Source of the DNA: an uncultured virus (IMG/VR IMGVR_UViG_3300006620_000015)
Lineage: Duplodnaviria; Heunggongvirae; Uroviricota; Caudoviricetes
IMG/VR virus record: IMGVR_UViG_3300006620_000015
Reading direction: 5' to 3' (one strand)
Length of the DNA stretch: 63,783 nt
Numbering within the stretch: the first letter of the stretch is position 1; every line of letters begins with the position of its first letter. Below, one piece after another: positions 37,987 to 45,719 of the stretch. Position numbers and translations under genes: made by a program. The notes under the pieces are model-generated. The model was given only the letters and a program-made list of their open reading frames with translations. It searched no databases and had not been told where the DNA came from.

Positions 37987-38715
37987 TTACTCATGAGTAT
38001 CTTGTAAGGCACTCGGGAGTACATCTGTAGTAAATTCAACCATGTTTTCAGGTTTCAATTCACCAGTCTTTCCGTCCACCGCATTGATCACATCGTTGTA
38101 ATTATACATCTCCTGATGACCCCATCCTGTTGCAATGTACTTGGTTTGATTGATAGGTGGAACACCACGATGAATGAAAGTCCATGTTGCTGGGAAGATC
38201 AGAATGTGTCCTTGTTTAGGTTGAATTTGTTGACCATCAATAAACTCAGTATATCCACCCCTGTCTATAGTGTTAAGATAATAGATGAAAGTAAATGCTC
38301 TAAATGTCATCTTATTAAACATTGGCAAGAACTCTTGTGAAGAATCATGATGCCAATTAAAGTAATCAGTAGGTGTAGTCTCCTGTACGTTAATAGGTGG
38401 TATTCTAGATCGTCCCTTAAAATTAAAATATAATGGTGCTGTATCTTCTAAGAGTTTAGTATATACTTCTAACTGTTCTGATAATACTGTAGTCAATTTA
38501 GTATAATACTCATGTGGGTGAAAGAAGTTAATATCAATAGATGATTTAAGTTTGACATTAGTTCTTGCATCCTTATCATCTGGTGCTGCAATAGCACCTT
38601 GTCCTACTACACCTTTATGTTTATCAGGACTTTGTTTATGATGTTCAATAACTTCATTACAAAATTCCTTTGTAAGTACAGGGTGATCAGAATAATAAAT
38701 GAAGTTATTGAGCAT
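37987..38715 (-). CDS. 2OG-Fe(II) oxygenase (prolyl-4-hydroxylase-like)
   Basis: WHHD, FIYYLN..GG.TEF, IFPATWTFIHRG, KYIATGW. Confidence 0.85.
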   Translation of the reverse strand: MLNNFIYYSDHPVLTKEFCNEVIEHHKQSPDKHKGVVGQGAIAAPDDKDARTNVKLKSSIDINFFHPHEYYTKLTTVLSEQLEVYTKLLEDTAPLYFNFKGRSRIPPINVQETTPTDYFNWHHDSSQEFLPMFNKMTFRAFTFIYYLNTIDRGGYTEFIDGQQIQPKQGHILIFPATWTFIHRGVPPINQTKYIATGWGHQEMYNYNDVINAVDGKTGELKPENMVEFTTDVLPSALQDTHE

Positions 38716-38734
38716 GGTAATTTAGATGTGTATA

Positions 38735-39520
38735 TTACTTATAAAGATAACCGCCTGCCCAATCGCACTTCTCTAATACTTCCTCACGTTGAGTGATAAT
38801 ACGAAGATCAAAGCGTACACCTTTAGCAGGTTGTTTGATAGATGCTGCCTTATAAAGTTCACCAGTCTTCTTGTCAACAAATGCATGAATAGAATGTGAA
38901 CCAGCAGCATTCATCATGATCTTATGATACTTACGACCAGTCTGAATATAAAAATCATAATCACAAATGTCCTTATCAATCTTATCCAGACATTCCTGAT
39001 GATAAGCAGGATTAGATGAAGATGGCATCAGGAACTTGTGACGTGCATATGATGTTTTCATATAATCGTGGCGCAGTGCATCACACAACATATAGCACCA
39101 CTTGGTTACATTCAGTTGTAAGGTGTTCTGTGCATCACGCTGGGCACAGAAGTCGCTGAACTCTTGTTTGCGGGGTGTGGTGGTGGTCATGCTGTCCTTT
39201 GTTGATGAATCAATCATAGCAGGCGCTGGTGTGTCATCGGCGCTGTCCAGTGCCAGTTTAAGAAGTGGCATAGCACTGTACGGTGTGGTCTGATCTAGTG
39301 ATACTGTTTTACCGACCCGTTTTGATGAGTGTGGGGCAAAGTAAGTTCTACGTTTGATGTTGTAGAATCCCCAAACAGTTTGTGCAGGATTACCGCCGTT
39401 GTAAGTGAATTGAGAATGATTGCAACACCAAATGCGTAGAACGTTACGTCGGAACTCCTCAACTTCGTAAGTATAGTTTTTAGGTGGGTCATGTGGAAAG
39501 TCTGAGGGTAAATTATACAT
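38735..39520 (-). CDS. Apparent in-frame fusion of two small phage genes; the distal gene probably starts at the ATG at 39190
   Basis: N-part DFPHDPPKNY...TVWGFYN...YSAM; C-part MTTTTPRKQEF...HAFVDKKTGELYKAAS..PAKGVRFDL...DWAGGYLY; internal early cassette and AAAGGA SD. Confidence 0.7.
   Translation of the reverse strand: MYNLPSDFPHDPPKNYTYEVEEFRRNVLRIWCCNHSQFTYNGGNPAQTVWGFYNIKRRTYFAPHSSKRVGKTVSLDQTTPYSAMPLLKLALDSADDTPAPAMIDSSTKDSMTTTTPRKQEFSDFCAQRDAQNTLQLNVTKWCYMLCDALRHDYMKTSYARHKFLMPSSSNPAYHQECLDKIDKDICDYDFYIQTGRKYHKIMMNAAGSHSIHAFVDKKTGELYKAASIKQPAKGVRFDLRIITQREEVLEKCDWAGGYLYK
39213..39272 (-). promoter_or_regulatory. Early promoter cassette inside ORF 38735-39520
   Basis: TATGAT at 39213-39218; AGTGCCAGTT-TAAG-AAGTGGCATA at 39249-39272; 30-bp gap. 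Confidence 0.75.
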
Positions 39521-39729
39521 CAGATCTCAAGGTAAAAACCTTCAGTGCTAGATGGTGTGTTCTCGTAGGTAGAACTATCTCCGTAATCTTTATGATCTTT
39601 GTATCCTACCATGCGACCCTTAGTGTTTTGAATAGCAGGCATGAATACAATGAACAGAAATACTCCTGGTGCTCCTACGAATGCAATGGCAACGATGACA
39701 TAATAGGTGAGCAGTTCAAGCATAATCAA
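39520..39729 (-). CDS. Small membrane protein
   Basis: Hydrophobic N-terminal segment YYVIVAIAFVGAPGVFLFIVF. Confidence 0.65.
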   Translation of the reverse strand: MIMLELLTYYVIVAIAFVGAPGVFLFIVFMPAIQNTKGRMVGYKDHKDYGDSSTYENTPSSTEGFYLEI

Positions 39730-39826
39730 GTTCCTCTAAGAGTTGAGCGTGTTTGTGTAGTTCATCAATGTTGATGTCTACAATCATATCAGTAACTGAT
39801 TCTTCTTCAGTTACCCAGTCTTGCAT
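39716..39826 (-). CDS. Small hypothetical protein (36 aa)
   Basis: MQDWVTEEESVTDMIVDINIDELHKHAQLLEELDYA*; GGAG SD; fills the gap between neighbours. Confidence 0.45.
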   Translation of the reverse strand: MQDWVTEEESVTDMIVDINIDELHKHAQLLEELDYA

Positions 39827-39953
39827 TGACTCCGACAATAGTAGCATGAGGATTACGAGCGAGAGCGGTGCTGCGGGCATCTTGCGGATTGCCTGCGATT
39901 ACTTCCACATCAAATACTTTGCCTGCGGAAAACATTTTAACGATCCAGGTCAT
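39807..39953 (-). CDS. Small conserved cyanophage protein (48 aa)
   Basis: MTWIVKMFSAGKVFDVEVIAGNPQDARSTALARNPHATIVGVNARLGN*. Confidence 0.7.
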   Translation of the reverse strand: MTWIVKMFSAGKVFDVEVIAGNPQDARSTALARNPHATIVGVNARLGN

Positions 39954-40114
39954 GCGTTCATTACCTTGTTAAAAAGTGATTCAAATGTCTCACGATCCTC
40001 AATCAATAAAGGATGATCAATAACATCAGTCTGATCTACGAGTACCATGAGTTCTTGCAATAGCACTAACTCCTCATACTGTAAACCAGTAATCATTAGG
40101 TTCTGTGTAGTCAT
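39950..40114 (-). CDS. Small hypothetical protein (54 aa)
   Basis: MTTQNLMITGLQYEELVLLQELM...; coupled at both ends (TAATG/ATGA). Confidence 0.6.
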   Translation of the reverse strand: MTTQNLMITGLQYEELVLLQELMVLVDQTDVIDHPLLIEDRETFESLFNKVMNA

Positions 40115-40386
40115 TACTCTGAAAGATTGGATTCACGTTTGTACTCGGCAGGATAAGGTTCTTTACCCAGCACTGCATCAACATAGCGGTTCCTCTCCTC
40201 ATAGTCAATACTTGAGACACAGAAACCATAGAACTCAGTGATCGCGTCAACTAGATCATCTTCCTCCTCTACATCCCATACACGTTGCTTACAATCAACG
40301 ACGAATTGTTCTTGGATTTCAGGTGGCAATTCAAAATCATCATCAGTGAAATCAAATACGATGTTGTTGACGCGATACTTACTCAT
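40114..40386 (-). CDS. Acidic hypothetical protein
   Basis: IVFDFTDDD...WDVEEEDDLVDAIT..GFCVSSIDY. Confidence 0.7.
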   Translation of the reverse strand: MSKYRVNNIVFDFTDDDFELPPEIQEQFVVDCKQRVWDVEEEDDLVDAITEFYGFCVSSIDYEERNRYVDAVLGKEPYPAEYKRESNLSE

Positions 40387-40610
40387 TAGTCTTGAGTGGT
40401 TAGAAGTTCAGGATAATACTCGTTGACCTCTTCTGTCAACTCTTCTTCAGAATACTTATCATATGATTCACTCATGTAATCATACAGTACACTCATCATT
40501 GTGTTGAGATCCATGTCATCAAGCATCTGATGAATGAGTTTGGATTGAAGTTCGTCGCGGTTCATAGTGTTCCAGGTGCCGTGTTGTTCAGGAGAGAAAA
40601 AACCCTTCAT
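40386..40610 (-). CDS. Acidic hypothetical protein
   Basis: MNRDELQ...LDDMDL...YSEEEL.EEV.EYYPELL; start may be the internal ATG. Confidence 0.7.
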   Translation of the reverse strand: MKGFFSPEQHGTWNTMNRDELQSKLIHQMLDDMDLNTMMSVLYDYMSESYDKYSEEELTEEVNEYYPELLTTQD

Positions 40611-40628
40611 TAGTCATCATAATTGGGT

Positions 40629-40811
40629 TCAGTCGTCGTCATCCAGAGAGGATCCTCCTTCTTCCTCATCCCCAAACATTTCGTGCCAGAGATCCAGGTT
40701 ACCAGTTTTTTCAGCAACAATTTTGGTGTTTTCAATGAAATCATCGGTGTTAGTTTGAGGGAGAAGATTGGTGGTGCTGTGCATCCTGCCGTTACGATCA
40801 GTCCAGAGCAT
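40629..40811 (-). CDS. Hypothetical early protein (60 aa; start revised)
   Basis: MLWTDRNGRMHSTT...; AAAGGGA SD downstream of an early cassette. Confidence 0.65.
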   Translation of the reverse strand: MLWTDRNGRMHSTTNLLPQTNTDDFIENTKIVAEKTGNLDLWHEMFGDEEEGGSSLDDDD

Positions 40812-40835
40812 GTGGTGTGTCCCTTTGACTCTTAT

Positions 40836-40894
40836 AGTATAAGGGATGGAGGGGACGCTAGAAGCGCCCCTGTGCCACTTCTCAGACTGTCTGG
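40836..40894 (-). promoter_or_regulatory. Early promoter cassette with GC hairpin
   Basis: TATACT at 40836-40841; GGGGACGCTAGAAGCGCCCC at 40851-40870; TGTGCCACTT-CTCA-GACTGTCTGG at 40871-40894. Confidence 0.75.
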
Positions 40895-41139
40895 ACCAGA
40901 TCACCCACACGGCGAGCATCTGCTACGATGCCGCCCAGCGACATGCCCATCATATCATCTGCCTCAACAATCTGAGTCAGTTGTGATACAAAGGTCTGAG
41001 ATTCGCTGGTGAATTCATACATGCGCTCAGGATTAGACTGATACGCAATGGTCACAGTTTCGTCTTCAATTTTAATGAATGCAATAGCACTGGATTGCTC
41101 AGAAGTGAGCAGGCGAGCGATAGGAGCGTTCACGATCAT
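40882..41139 (-). CDS. KTSC-like small protein
   Basis: SSAIAFI.I....VTIAYQSN..RMYEF ... SLGG pattern. Confidence 0.5.
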   Translation of the reverse strand: MIVNAPIARLLTSEQSSAIAFIKIEDETVTIAYQSNPERMYEFTSESQTFVSQLTQIVEADDMMGMSLGGIVADARRVGDLVQTV

Positions 41140-41207
41140 TTTTAAGAAAGAAGTTTAGTGGAGTGTGTTTGGTTCAATGCTAGGTCTTACGCTGAATACT
41201 GTGCAGC

Positions 41208-41372
41208 CTAGGAGAATGGAACGAATAAGCAATAGTTGTTGTTATCGTAGACACCAATGGTCTCACGTTCAACTTCAACACGCTCAAACAATTCGTCCCA
41301 GTTATCTACCCACTCTTGGATAGAATAGTAAGGGATGATGTCATCCCCCTGTAAAGAATAGTTAGTGTGCAT
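41208..41372 (-). CDS. Small protein, weak Phd/YefM-like pattern (54 aa)
   Basis: YSIQEWVDNWDELFERVEVERETIGVYDNNNYCLFVP; TGATG-coupled. Confidence 0.5.
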   Translation of the reverse strand: MHTNYSLQGDDIIPYYSIQEWVDNWDELFERVEVERETIGVYDNNNYCLFVPFS

Positions 41373-41617
41373 CAGCACATCATAGGAGTGTAATCTTTAC
41401 CATTATACTCCTGAGTGTTGAAATCCGCAACCTCTGCACCATTGGCAATGTAGTTACGAACCTGATACTTCATCTCAACCTTAACAACAGTGCTGAATGA
41501 AGTCATCTGCTGATCACATTCCGCATCGGGGTGCCAGATGACGCGCTTAGTGAAGCGGTGCTTACCATCACCTTGCGGAAAATAATCAATTTGCGTGGCG
41601 GAGGTGAGCAGTTGCAT
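41372..41617 (-). CDS. Hypothetical early protein
   Basis: 81-aa ORF, MQLLTSATQIDYFP..., downstream of an early cassette. Confidence 0.7.
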   Translation of the reverse strand: MQLLTSATQIDYFPQGDGKHRFTKRVIWHPDAECDQQMTSFSTVVKVEMKYQVRNYIANGAEVADFNTQEYNGKDYTPMMC

Positions 41618-41641
41618 GTGGTGTGTCCCTTTGACTCTTAT

Positions 41642-41700
41642 AGTATGGCATTAAAAAGGGGGTTTGGCAACCCCCGTGTACCAGTTCTCAAACTGGCACA
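41642..41700 (-). promoter_or_regulatory. Early promoter cassette with terminator-like hairpin
   Basis: CATACT at 41642-41647; minus strand GGGGGTTGCCAAACCCCC+TTTTT; TGTACCAGTT-CTCA-AACTGGCACA at 41677-41700. Confidence 0.8.
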
Positions 41701-41939
41701 GTCTTTAGTTTTTTCCAGTCCCAAGGATATACTAATAGATTTACATCACGGGTGCGGTCAGTCTTATTGGTCTGGCATAGTGTGAGCGTGATGTATTCAG
41801 GACCGATAAAATTAACATGTCCGTGCATATTATCATACTCTAATTTCATTCCAGGCACAAATTGCTCAATCTTCGTAAATACGACATTCGTCTGCTTCGG
41901 GGAAGTCTTCACACCAGAGTTCAAGGTCTGTGGGGTCAT
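41688..41939 (-). CDS. Hypothetical protein (start uncertain, probably shorter)
   Basis: GHVNFIGPEYITLTL...VNLLVYPWDW; the 5' part overlaps cp12. Confidence 0.55.
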   Translation of the reverse strand: MTPQTLNSGVKTSPKQTNVVFTKIEQFVPGMKLEYDNMHGHVNFIGPEYITLTLCQTNKTDRTRDVNLLVYPWDWKKLKTVPV

Positions 41940-42078
41940 GATGATCTTCAGGATGCTCCTTTTGATAGCGTTCGAGTTGGTCTAACTGATGCTCAATGTG
42001 GCGTCTCTGTTGTGGAGACGTTGTTGGATTTTCTAGGATCTCCTTATCCTGTGCAATATGTGCTTCGATGTTGTCCAT
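41866..42078 (-). CDS. cp12: CP12 Calvin-cycle inhibitor (phage type)
   Basis: IEAHIAQDKEIL..P..SPQQRRH...HHDPTDLELWCEDFPEADECRIYED (C-terminal C-x8-C CP12 motif); ATAAATA at 42101-42107. Confidence 0.9.
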   Translation of the reverse strand: MDNIEAHIAQDKEILENPTTSPQQRRHIEHQLDQLERYQKEHPEDHHDPTDLELWCEDFPEADECRIYED

Positions 42079-42099
42079 GGTTGAATACAATGGTTGTTA

Positions 42100-42282
42100 T
42101 TATTTATCCGAAGATTTGTCCTCCTCGGCATCTAAACATCTTACCATTAAATCAGCAAACCGCTCCATTCTGTCAGAATGCACTGACGCAGGATGCTCAG
42201 TAATTGCTTTCCGCAATGCATTTAACTCTTCTATTTCTTCTGGCGTGAGTGTAGTACAGCGATCTGGTGGCATGTGTGTCAT
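42100..42282 (-). CDS. Conserved cyanophage hypothetical protein
   Basis: ELNALRKAITEHPASVHSDRMERFADLMVRCL. Confidence 0.7.
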   Translation of the reverse strand: MTHMPPDRCTTLTPEEIEELNALRKAITEHPASVHSDRMERFADLMVRCLDAEEDKSSDK

Positions 42283-42367
42283 GGGGCATCTGTGTCTATG
42301 TGAATATCATAACATATTACATAATAATTTATTCGGGATCACAGATTGTCTTAAGGTTCGGATAAGA

Positions 42368-42925
42368 TTACTTAAATGCTGTCACTACCATATAGCGAGT
42401 ACCTTCTAGCACAGGTAATACCTCATAAGGAAACATGAATGATGATGGAAATGCAAAACCAGTGCCAGCAGATGAATCTATCATCTCTTTGGCGAAAAAT
42501 CTTGTCTCTCCACCCTTAGTATCATTAAGAATGATTGATGCTCTAATTGTACTTCCGCTGGGTTCAACATGTAGTGGGCAATAATCACCCTCATTATATC
42601 TCAATAGAATATATCCCGTGTCTGTATTATATCCCTGTGCTCTCCAAAAATCTGTCGCATACATTGTCAGAATACTAGAAAACTTTGCAAAAAGAAGATC
42701 ATCAATTTCTCCTTCTTTAATTCTCGTTGCGTCACATAATCTACGACCATTTACATCTACCTCATACCACTCTGCATCCTTATGTGAATCAATTACTTGT
42801 TGACATTCATCATCAGAGAGAAGATTTTTATATTGTCTAATGTAGTCCTGAACTGCTCTACCCAAATCAAATGCTTCAAGGATTGCTGGAGTTCCCTCTG
42901 GGTTTTTTAAATCAATCGCTTTCAT
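42368..42925 (-). CDS. 2OG-Fe(II) oxygenase-like protein with altered Fe ligands
   Basis: LLRYNEG.Y.PLHVE, IILND.KGGETRF, FPSSFMFPYEVLPV..GTRY. Confidence 0.75.
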   Translation of the reverse strand: MKAIDLKNPEGTPAILEAFDLGRAVQDYIRQYKNLLSDDECQQVIDSHKDAEWYEVDVNGRRLCDATRIKEGEIDDLLFAKFSSILTMYATDFWRAQGYNTDTGYILLRYNEGDYCPLHVEPSGSTIRASIILNDTKGGETRFFAKEMIDSSAGTGFAFPSSFMFPYEVLPVLEGTRYMVVTAFK

Positions 42926-43082
42926 CTTCGTCTACCAATTCTTCTAAGGATGTTATAAGTATTTGTTGGATTTCTTCCTCAGACATATTGTTGAGGAAAC
43001 TCCAGTTGGGATCATTGTTATCCCAATCAATAGTAATCTGACGAGTTTCCTCATCATAATCAATCTTGAGACTATCTTCCAT
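42912..43082 (-). CDS. Small acidic protein (56 aa)
   Basis: MEDSLKIDYDEETRQITIDWDNNDPNWSFLNNMSEEEIQ...*. Confidence 0.65.
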   Translation of the reverse strand: MEDSLKIDYDEETRQITIDWDNNDPNWSFLNNMSEEEIQQILITSLEELVDEDESD

Positions 43083-43261
43083 CAGCACTCTTCCTTCTTA
43101 AACATCTTGCGGCACTTCTTAAGTTCCTTCATCTCATCCTTGATCATCTGGTAGGCATCATCATGAGAAATTCTACCACCAAGTTCCATAGCACAGATAA
43201 CCTCAACACGGGTGCCAAAGTGTTTCAATGCCTCCTCAAAGCAATTTAGTTCTTCATACAT
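43082..43261 (-). CDS. Small conserved cyanophage protein (59 aa)
   Basis: MYEELNCFEEALKHFGTRVEVICAMELGGRIS..DAYQMIK. Confidence 0.75.
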   Translation of the reverse strand: MYEELNCFEEALKHFGTRVEVICAMELGGRISHDDAYQMIKDEMKELKKCRKMFKKEEC

Positions 43262-43266
43262 GATGA

Positions 43267-43407
43267 TTACTTTTTTCCTTGTATATTATAGATGACAGGG
43301 TGAATGTTGTCAATGGTTCTTTTCAGTTCAGAGACATATCTCTCCAATGATTCAACCCTTGCTTCTAAATCATTGATTCTATCTTCATACTCATCTACTT
43401 CTTTCAT
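43267..43407 (-). CDS. Small coiled-coil protein (46 aa)
   Basis: MKEVDEYEDRINDLEARVESLERYVSELKRTIDNIHPVIYNIQGKK*; GGAG SD. Confidence 0.5.
   Translation of the reverse strand: MKEVDEYEDRINDLEARVESLERYVSELKRTIDNIHPVIYNIQGKK
43285..43313 (-). promoter_or_regulatory. Perfect sigma70 promoter TTGACA-N17-TATAAT
   Basis: tgtcaa at 43308-43313, attata at 43285-43290. Confidence 0.8.
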
Positions 43408-43455
43408 GTTCTATAACTCCCGAGAATTTGTTGCTGATAATAGTAGTTATCTAGG

Positions 43456-44094
43456 TTAATAGTTATCAGCAGTTATGTTCCAAGAAATGTCACCCTTTTT
43501 AGATCTACTAATAACATATGTGTTACTTTCAAATGGATGGATCTTATATTTCTTAGCGAGTACATTTCCAGCAACAACTATCCTCGGTTCTTCACATGAT
43601 TCAACCGCATCAACGCCATGCATTGCCCACGATGGGAACACCAAGAATCTTCCGCTACTTTGATCCTCAGGATAGATTTTATTTGAATTACTATCAACAA
43701 AGTAAAAGCACTTTTGATCTGTTGGTGCCTTCACAAAATGTACCCATGAGAGTAACTCCTCCCCACAATAATGTGTGTGAACAGGGTGACCATCAGTTTT
43801 GTTGGTGTATATCTGACACCACATAACATTTTCAACTTCTGATCTTCCATACAGACCAAGTTTAATCGTTACAGATCTAACCTTCTTCCTATACCAATCC
43901 TCAATGCTCTCAGGAAACTTTACCACACCATTGTTAGGAGTCCAAGTAGAGTAAAGTTTATCCTCTTTATTAGTTGGAGAATAAGGACAGTCTGCACCAT
44001 CGGGAGGAAATCTATATTCCTCCCGCATCACATAATCAGCAAGTTCCTGAATCAAATCAGGACTTAACTCTAGGTCAAGATTTAGTATTTCCAT
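43456..44094 (-). CDS. Putative 2OG-Fe(II) oxygenase / cupin (HxH type), paralog A
   Basis: WCQIY...HPVHTHY..LSWVHFV..KCFYF..FLVFPSWAMHGVD..RIVVAGN. Confidence 0.75.
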   Translation of the reverse strand: MEILNLDLELSPDLIQELADYVMREEYRFPPDGADCPYSPTNKEDKLYSTWTPNNGVVKFPESIEDWYRKKVRSVTIKLGLYGRSEVENVMWCQIYTNKTDGHPVHTHYCGEELLSWVHFVKAPTDQKCFYFVDSNSNKIYPEDQSSGRFLVFPSWAMHGVDAVESCEEPRIVVAGNVLAKKYKIHPFESNTYVISRSKKGDISWNITADNY

Positions 44095-44224
44095 TCTTTT
44101 GATCCTTCAATTTATTCTTACGAATAGTTTCATGTAATCTAGCAACTGCTTTCATAGTTTCAGGAGTTTCTTCCCACTCCCAAGTTTCACCCTTGCTGTT
44201 GATGAATTGTTTTTTCGTTGTCAT
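44075..44224 (-). CDS. Small hypothetical protein (49 aa)
   Basis: MTTKKQFINSKGETWEWEETPETMKAVARLHETIRK...*; sits between the two paralogous oxygenases. Confidence 0.55.
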   Translation of the reverse strand: MTTKKQFINSKGETWEWEETPETMKAVARLHETIRKNKLKDQKNGNTKS

Positions 44225-44828
44225 TTTTCATCTCCCATATTAGTTGTTGTTTTCCATTGTCATTGTTTGAAGAACAAACGAATGACATAGGATCATCAGG
44301 TGTATTTTTGTATTCCATACAAAGAATGTTGCCTGATACTATAGTTCTATTTACACCCGAAACTTTAACTGGATCAGCACCATGAGATGCCCATGATGGG
44401 AATACAATAAAATCTCCCATTCTTTGTGTAGGAGGATAATACTTTTGCTTATTCTTCAAGAAGTAAAAGCACTTCTGATCCTTAGGAACATCTACAAAAT
44501 GAACCCATGAAAACATTGCATTGCCAGTATAATGTGTATGAGTGTCATGATTTCCTCCCATATCATTATTATATACTTGACACCATTTAGATGAGATCAC
44601 ACCAACTCTACCCATCAATCCTAAATCATCAAGAATTTTACCGATCCAATCAAAATAAAATCTCTCCACATTTAATGGAAAATGTGGTTCATTAGATTTA
44701 AAGAAGGTTGAGTAGATTGGATTGGGTAGATCTTTATGGGGGTAAATGTTTTCATCCACCATAACAGAATCTCTCAATTCATGCTTCAAAGCATTAGGCA
44801 TTGGTTGATTAAAATCGTGAATAATCAT
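44187..44828 (-). CDS. Putative 2OG-Fe(II) oxygenase / cupin (HxH type), paralog B
   Basis: WCQVY...HDTHTHY..FSWVHFV..DQKCFYF..FIVFPSWASHGAD..RTIVSGN. Confidence 0.75.
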   Translation of the reverse strand: MIIHDFNQPMPNALKHELRDSVMVDENIYPHKDLPNPIYSTFFKSNEPHFPLNVERFYFDWIGKILDDLGLMGRVGVISSKWCQVYNNDMGGNHDTHTHYTGNAMFSWVHFVDVPKDQKCFYFLKNKQKYYPPTQRMGDFIVFPSWASHGADPVKVSGVNRTIVSGNILCMEYKNTPDDPMSFVCSSNNDNGKQQLIWEMKNDNEKTIHQQQG

Positions 44829-45190
44829 AATTTTCCACCAACAACTCCACTATTTACTACGCGAGTATAATCTTTCAATGTATCATCTTGCAGACATTTG
44901 AGATGCCAGCGGGTCACCTTAATAACATTCTCCTCAACAAGTCCACTGAGAAAATGTTGTCCCAGTGGATGCTTTAGGATGCTGGTATACAATCCGAAAC
45001 GAGTTTTCTTGATGTAGAAAGTATCATCAATCCAGACAACATCTTCTGGAATGTTCTTCTCAACAGTACCACCAAATGATGTTGCCAAACGTGGGTCAAC
45101 ATGTTTAGTTTCTGGGTTCTGTGTTTCTGATTGTAAGTTTACGTCGGTCAAGTTTGTACCTCTCGATATATTTGTCCATGTGATATTCAC
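44825..45190 (-). CDS. Conserved cyanophage hypothetical protein (start uncertain)
   Basis: WIDDTFYIKKTRFGLYTS...TRWHLKCLQD...VNSGVVGGKL; no in-frame ATG near the 5' end. Confidence 0.65.
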   Translation of the reverse strand: MNITWTNISRGTNLTDVNLQSETQNPETKHVDPRLATSFGGTVEKNIPEDVVWIDDTFYIKKTRFGLYTSILKHPLGQHFLSGLVEENVIKVTRWHLKCLQDDTLKDYTRVVNSGVVGGKL

Positions 45191-45389
45191 ACTGAAAATG
45201 ACAGTTCTTCAGTGTACCGTCCTTCTCCTTGAATTGAAGATGAATAGGGAATACTACATGGAATCCCCCATCAATAGGACGTGGTGGGTCAATTACTGGA
45301 CCCTTAGGTTTACGAACTTTCTTGGGTTTAGTTGCTTTGGTAGTACCATCGGCAGCGACAGTTTTACCTTTGCGATTACGAATTGCCAT
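45105..45389 (-). CDS. Basic hypothetical protein
   Basis: FPIHL...KNCHFQCEYHMDKYIERYKL. Confidence 0.7.
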   Translation of the reverse strand: MAIRNRKGKTVAADGTTKATKPKKVRKPKGPVIDPPRPIDGGFHVVFPIHLQFKEKDGTLKNCHFQCEYHMDKYIERYKLDRRKLTIRNTEPRN

Positions 45390-45526
45390 CAGGTTAAATT
45401 AGTTAGTGAATGATAGACTGCTGAAATGGACATATGTCCATGTTTGTAACCAGCGAAGATTACACCTAACGTTGTCAGTATAACCCCCAGAAGTGCTAGT
45501 GTCAACTTTAGTCGCTCGCTCTCCAT
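45389..45526 (-). CDS. Small membrane protein (start revised)
   Basis: MESERLKLTLALLGVILTTLGVIFAGYKHGHMSISAVY. Confidence 0.55.
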   Translation of the reverse strand: MESERLKLTLALLGVILTTLGVIFAGYKHGHMSISAVYHSLTNLT

Positions 45527-45684
45527 CTGGGACGTTTTTGTGCCCTCATCGTCTGAAATTGTTCCACCAGTGTCAGGATCTTGTGTGATGTTTGTTTCGC
45601 TGTGGTCTCGTTCCATTCGTCTTGTTTGTAGACTGCATGAAGTTCTTGTGAAATGGCATCAATTACCATGTTGTAGTTTGTCAT
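45508..45684 (-). CDS. Small hypothetical protein (58 aa)
   Basis: MTNYNMVIDAISQELH...RPRWRASD*; extended -10 TGTTATAAT at 45707-45715. Confidence 0.6.
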   Translation of the reverse strand: MTNYNMVIDAISQELHAVYKQDEWNETTAKQTSHKILTLVEQFQTMRAQKRPRWRASD

Positions 45685-45719
45685 TGAATGAACATAACTT
45701 TAAGTAATTATAACATATA

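Larger units (their letters stand above)
40808..41646. repeat. Exact 33-bp direct repeat (40808-40840 and 41614-41646) covering part of the -10, the leader, SD and ATG
   Basis: GCATGTGGTGTGTCCCTTTGACTCTTATAGTAT occurs twice. Confidence 0.95.
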
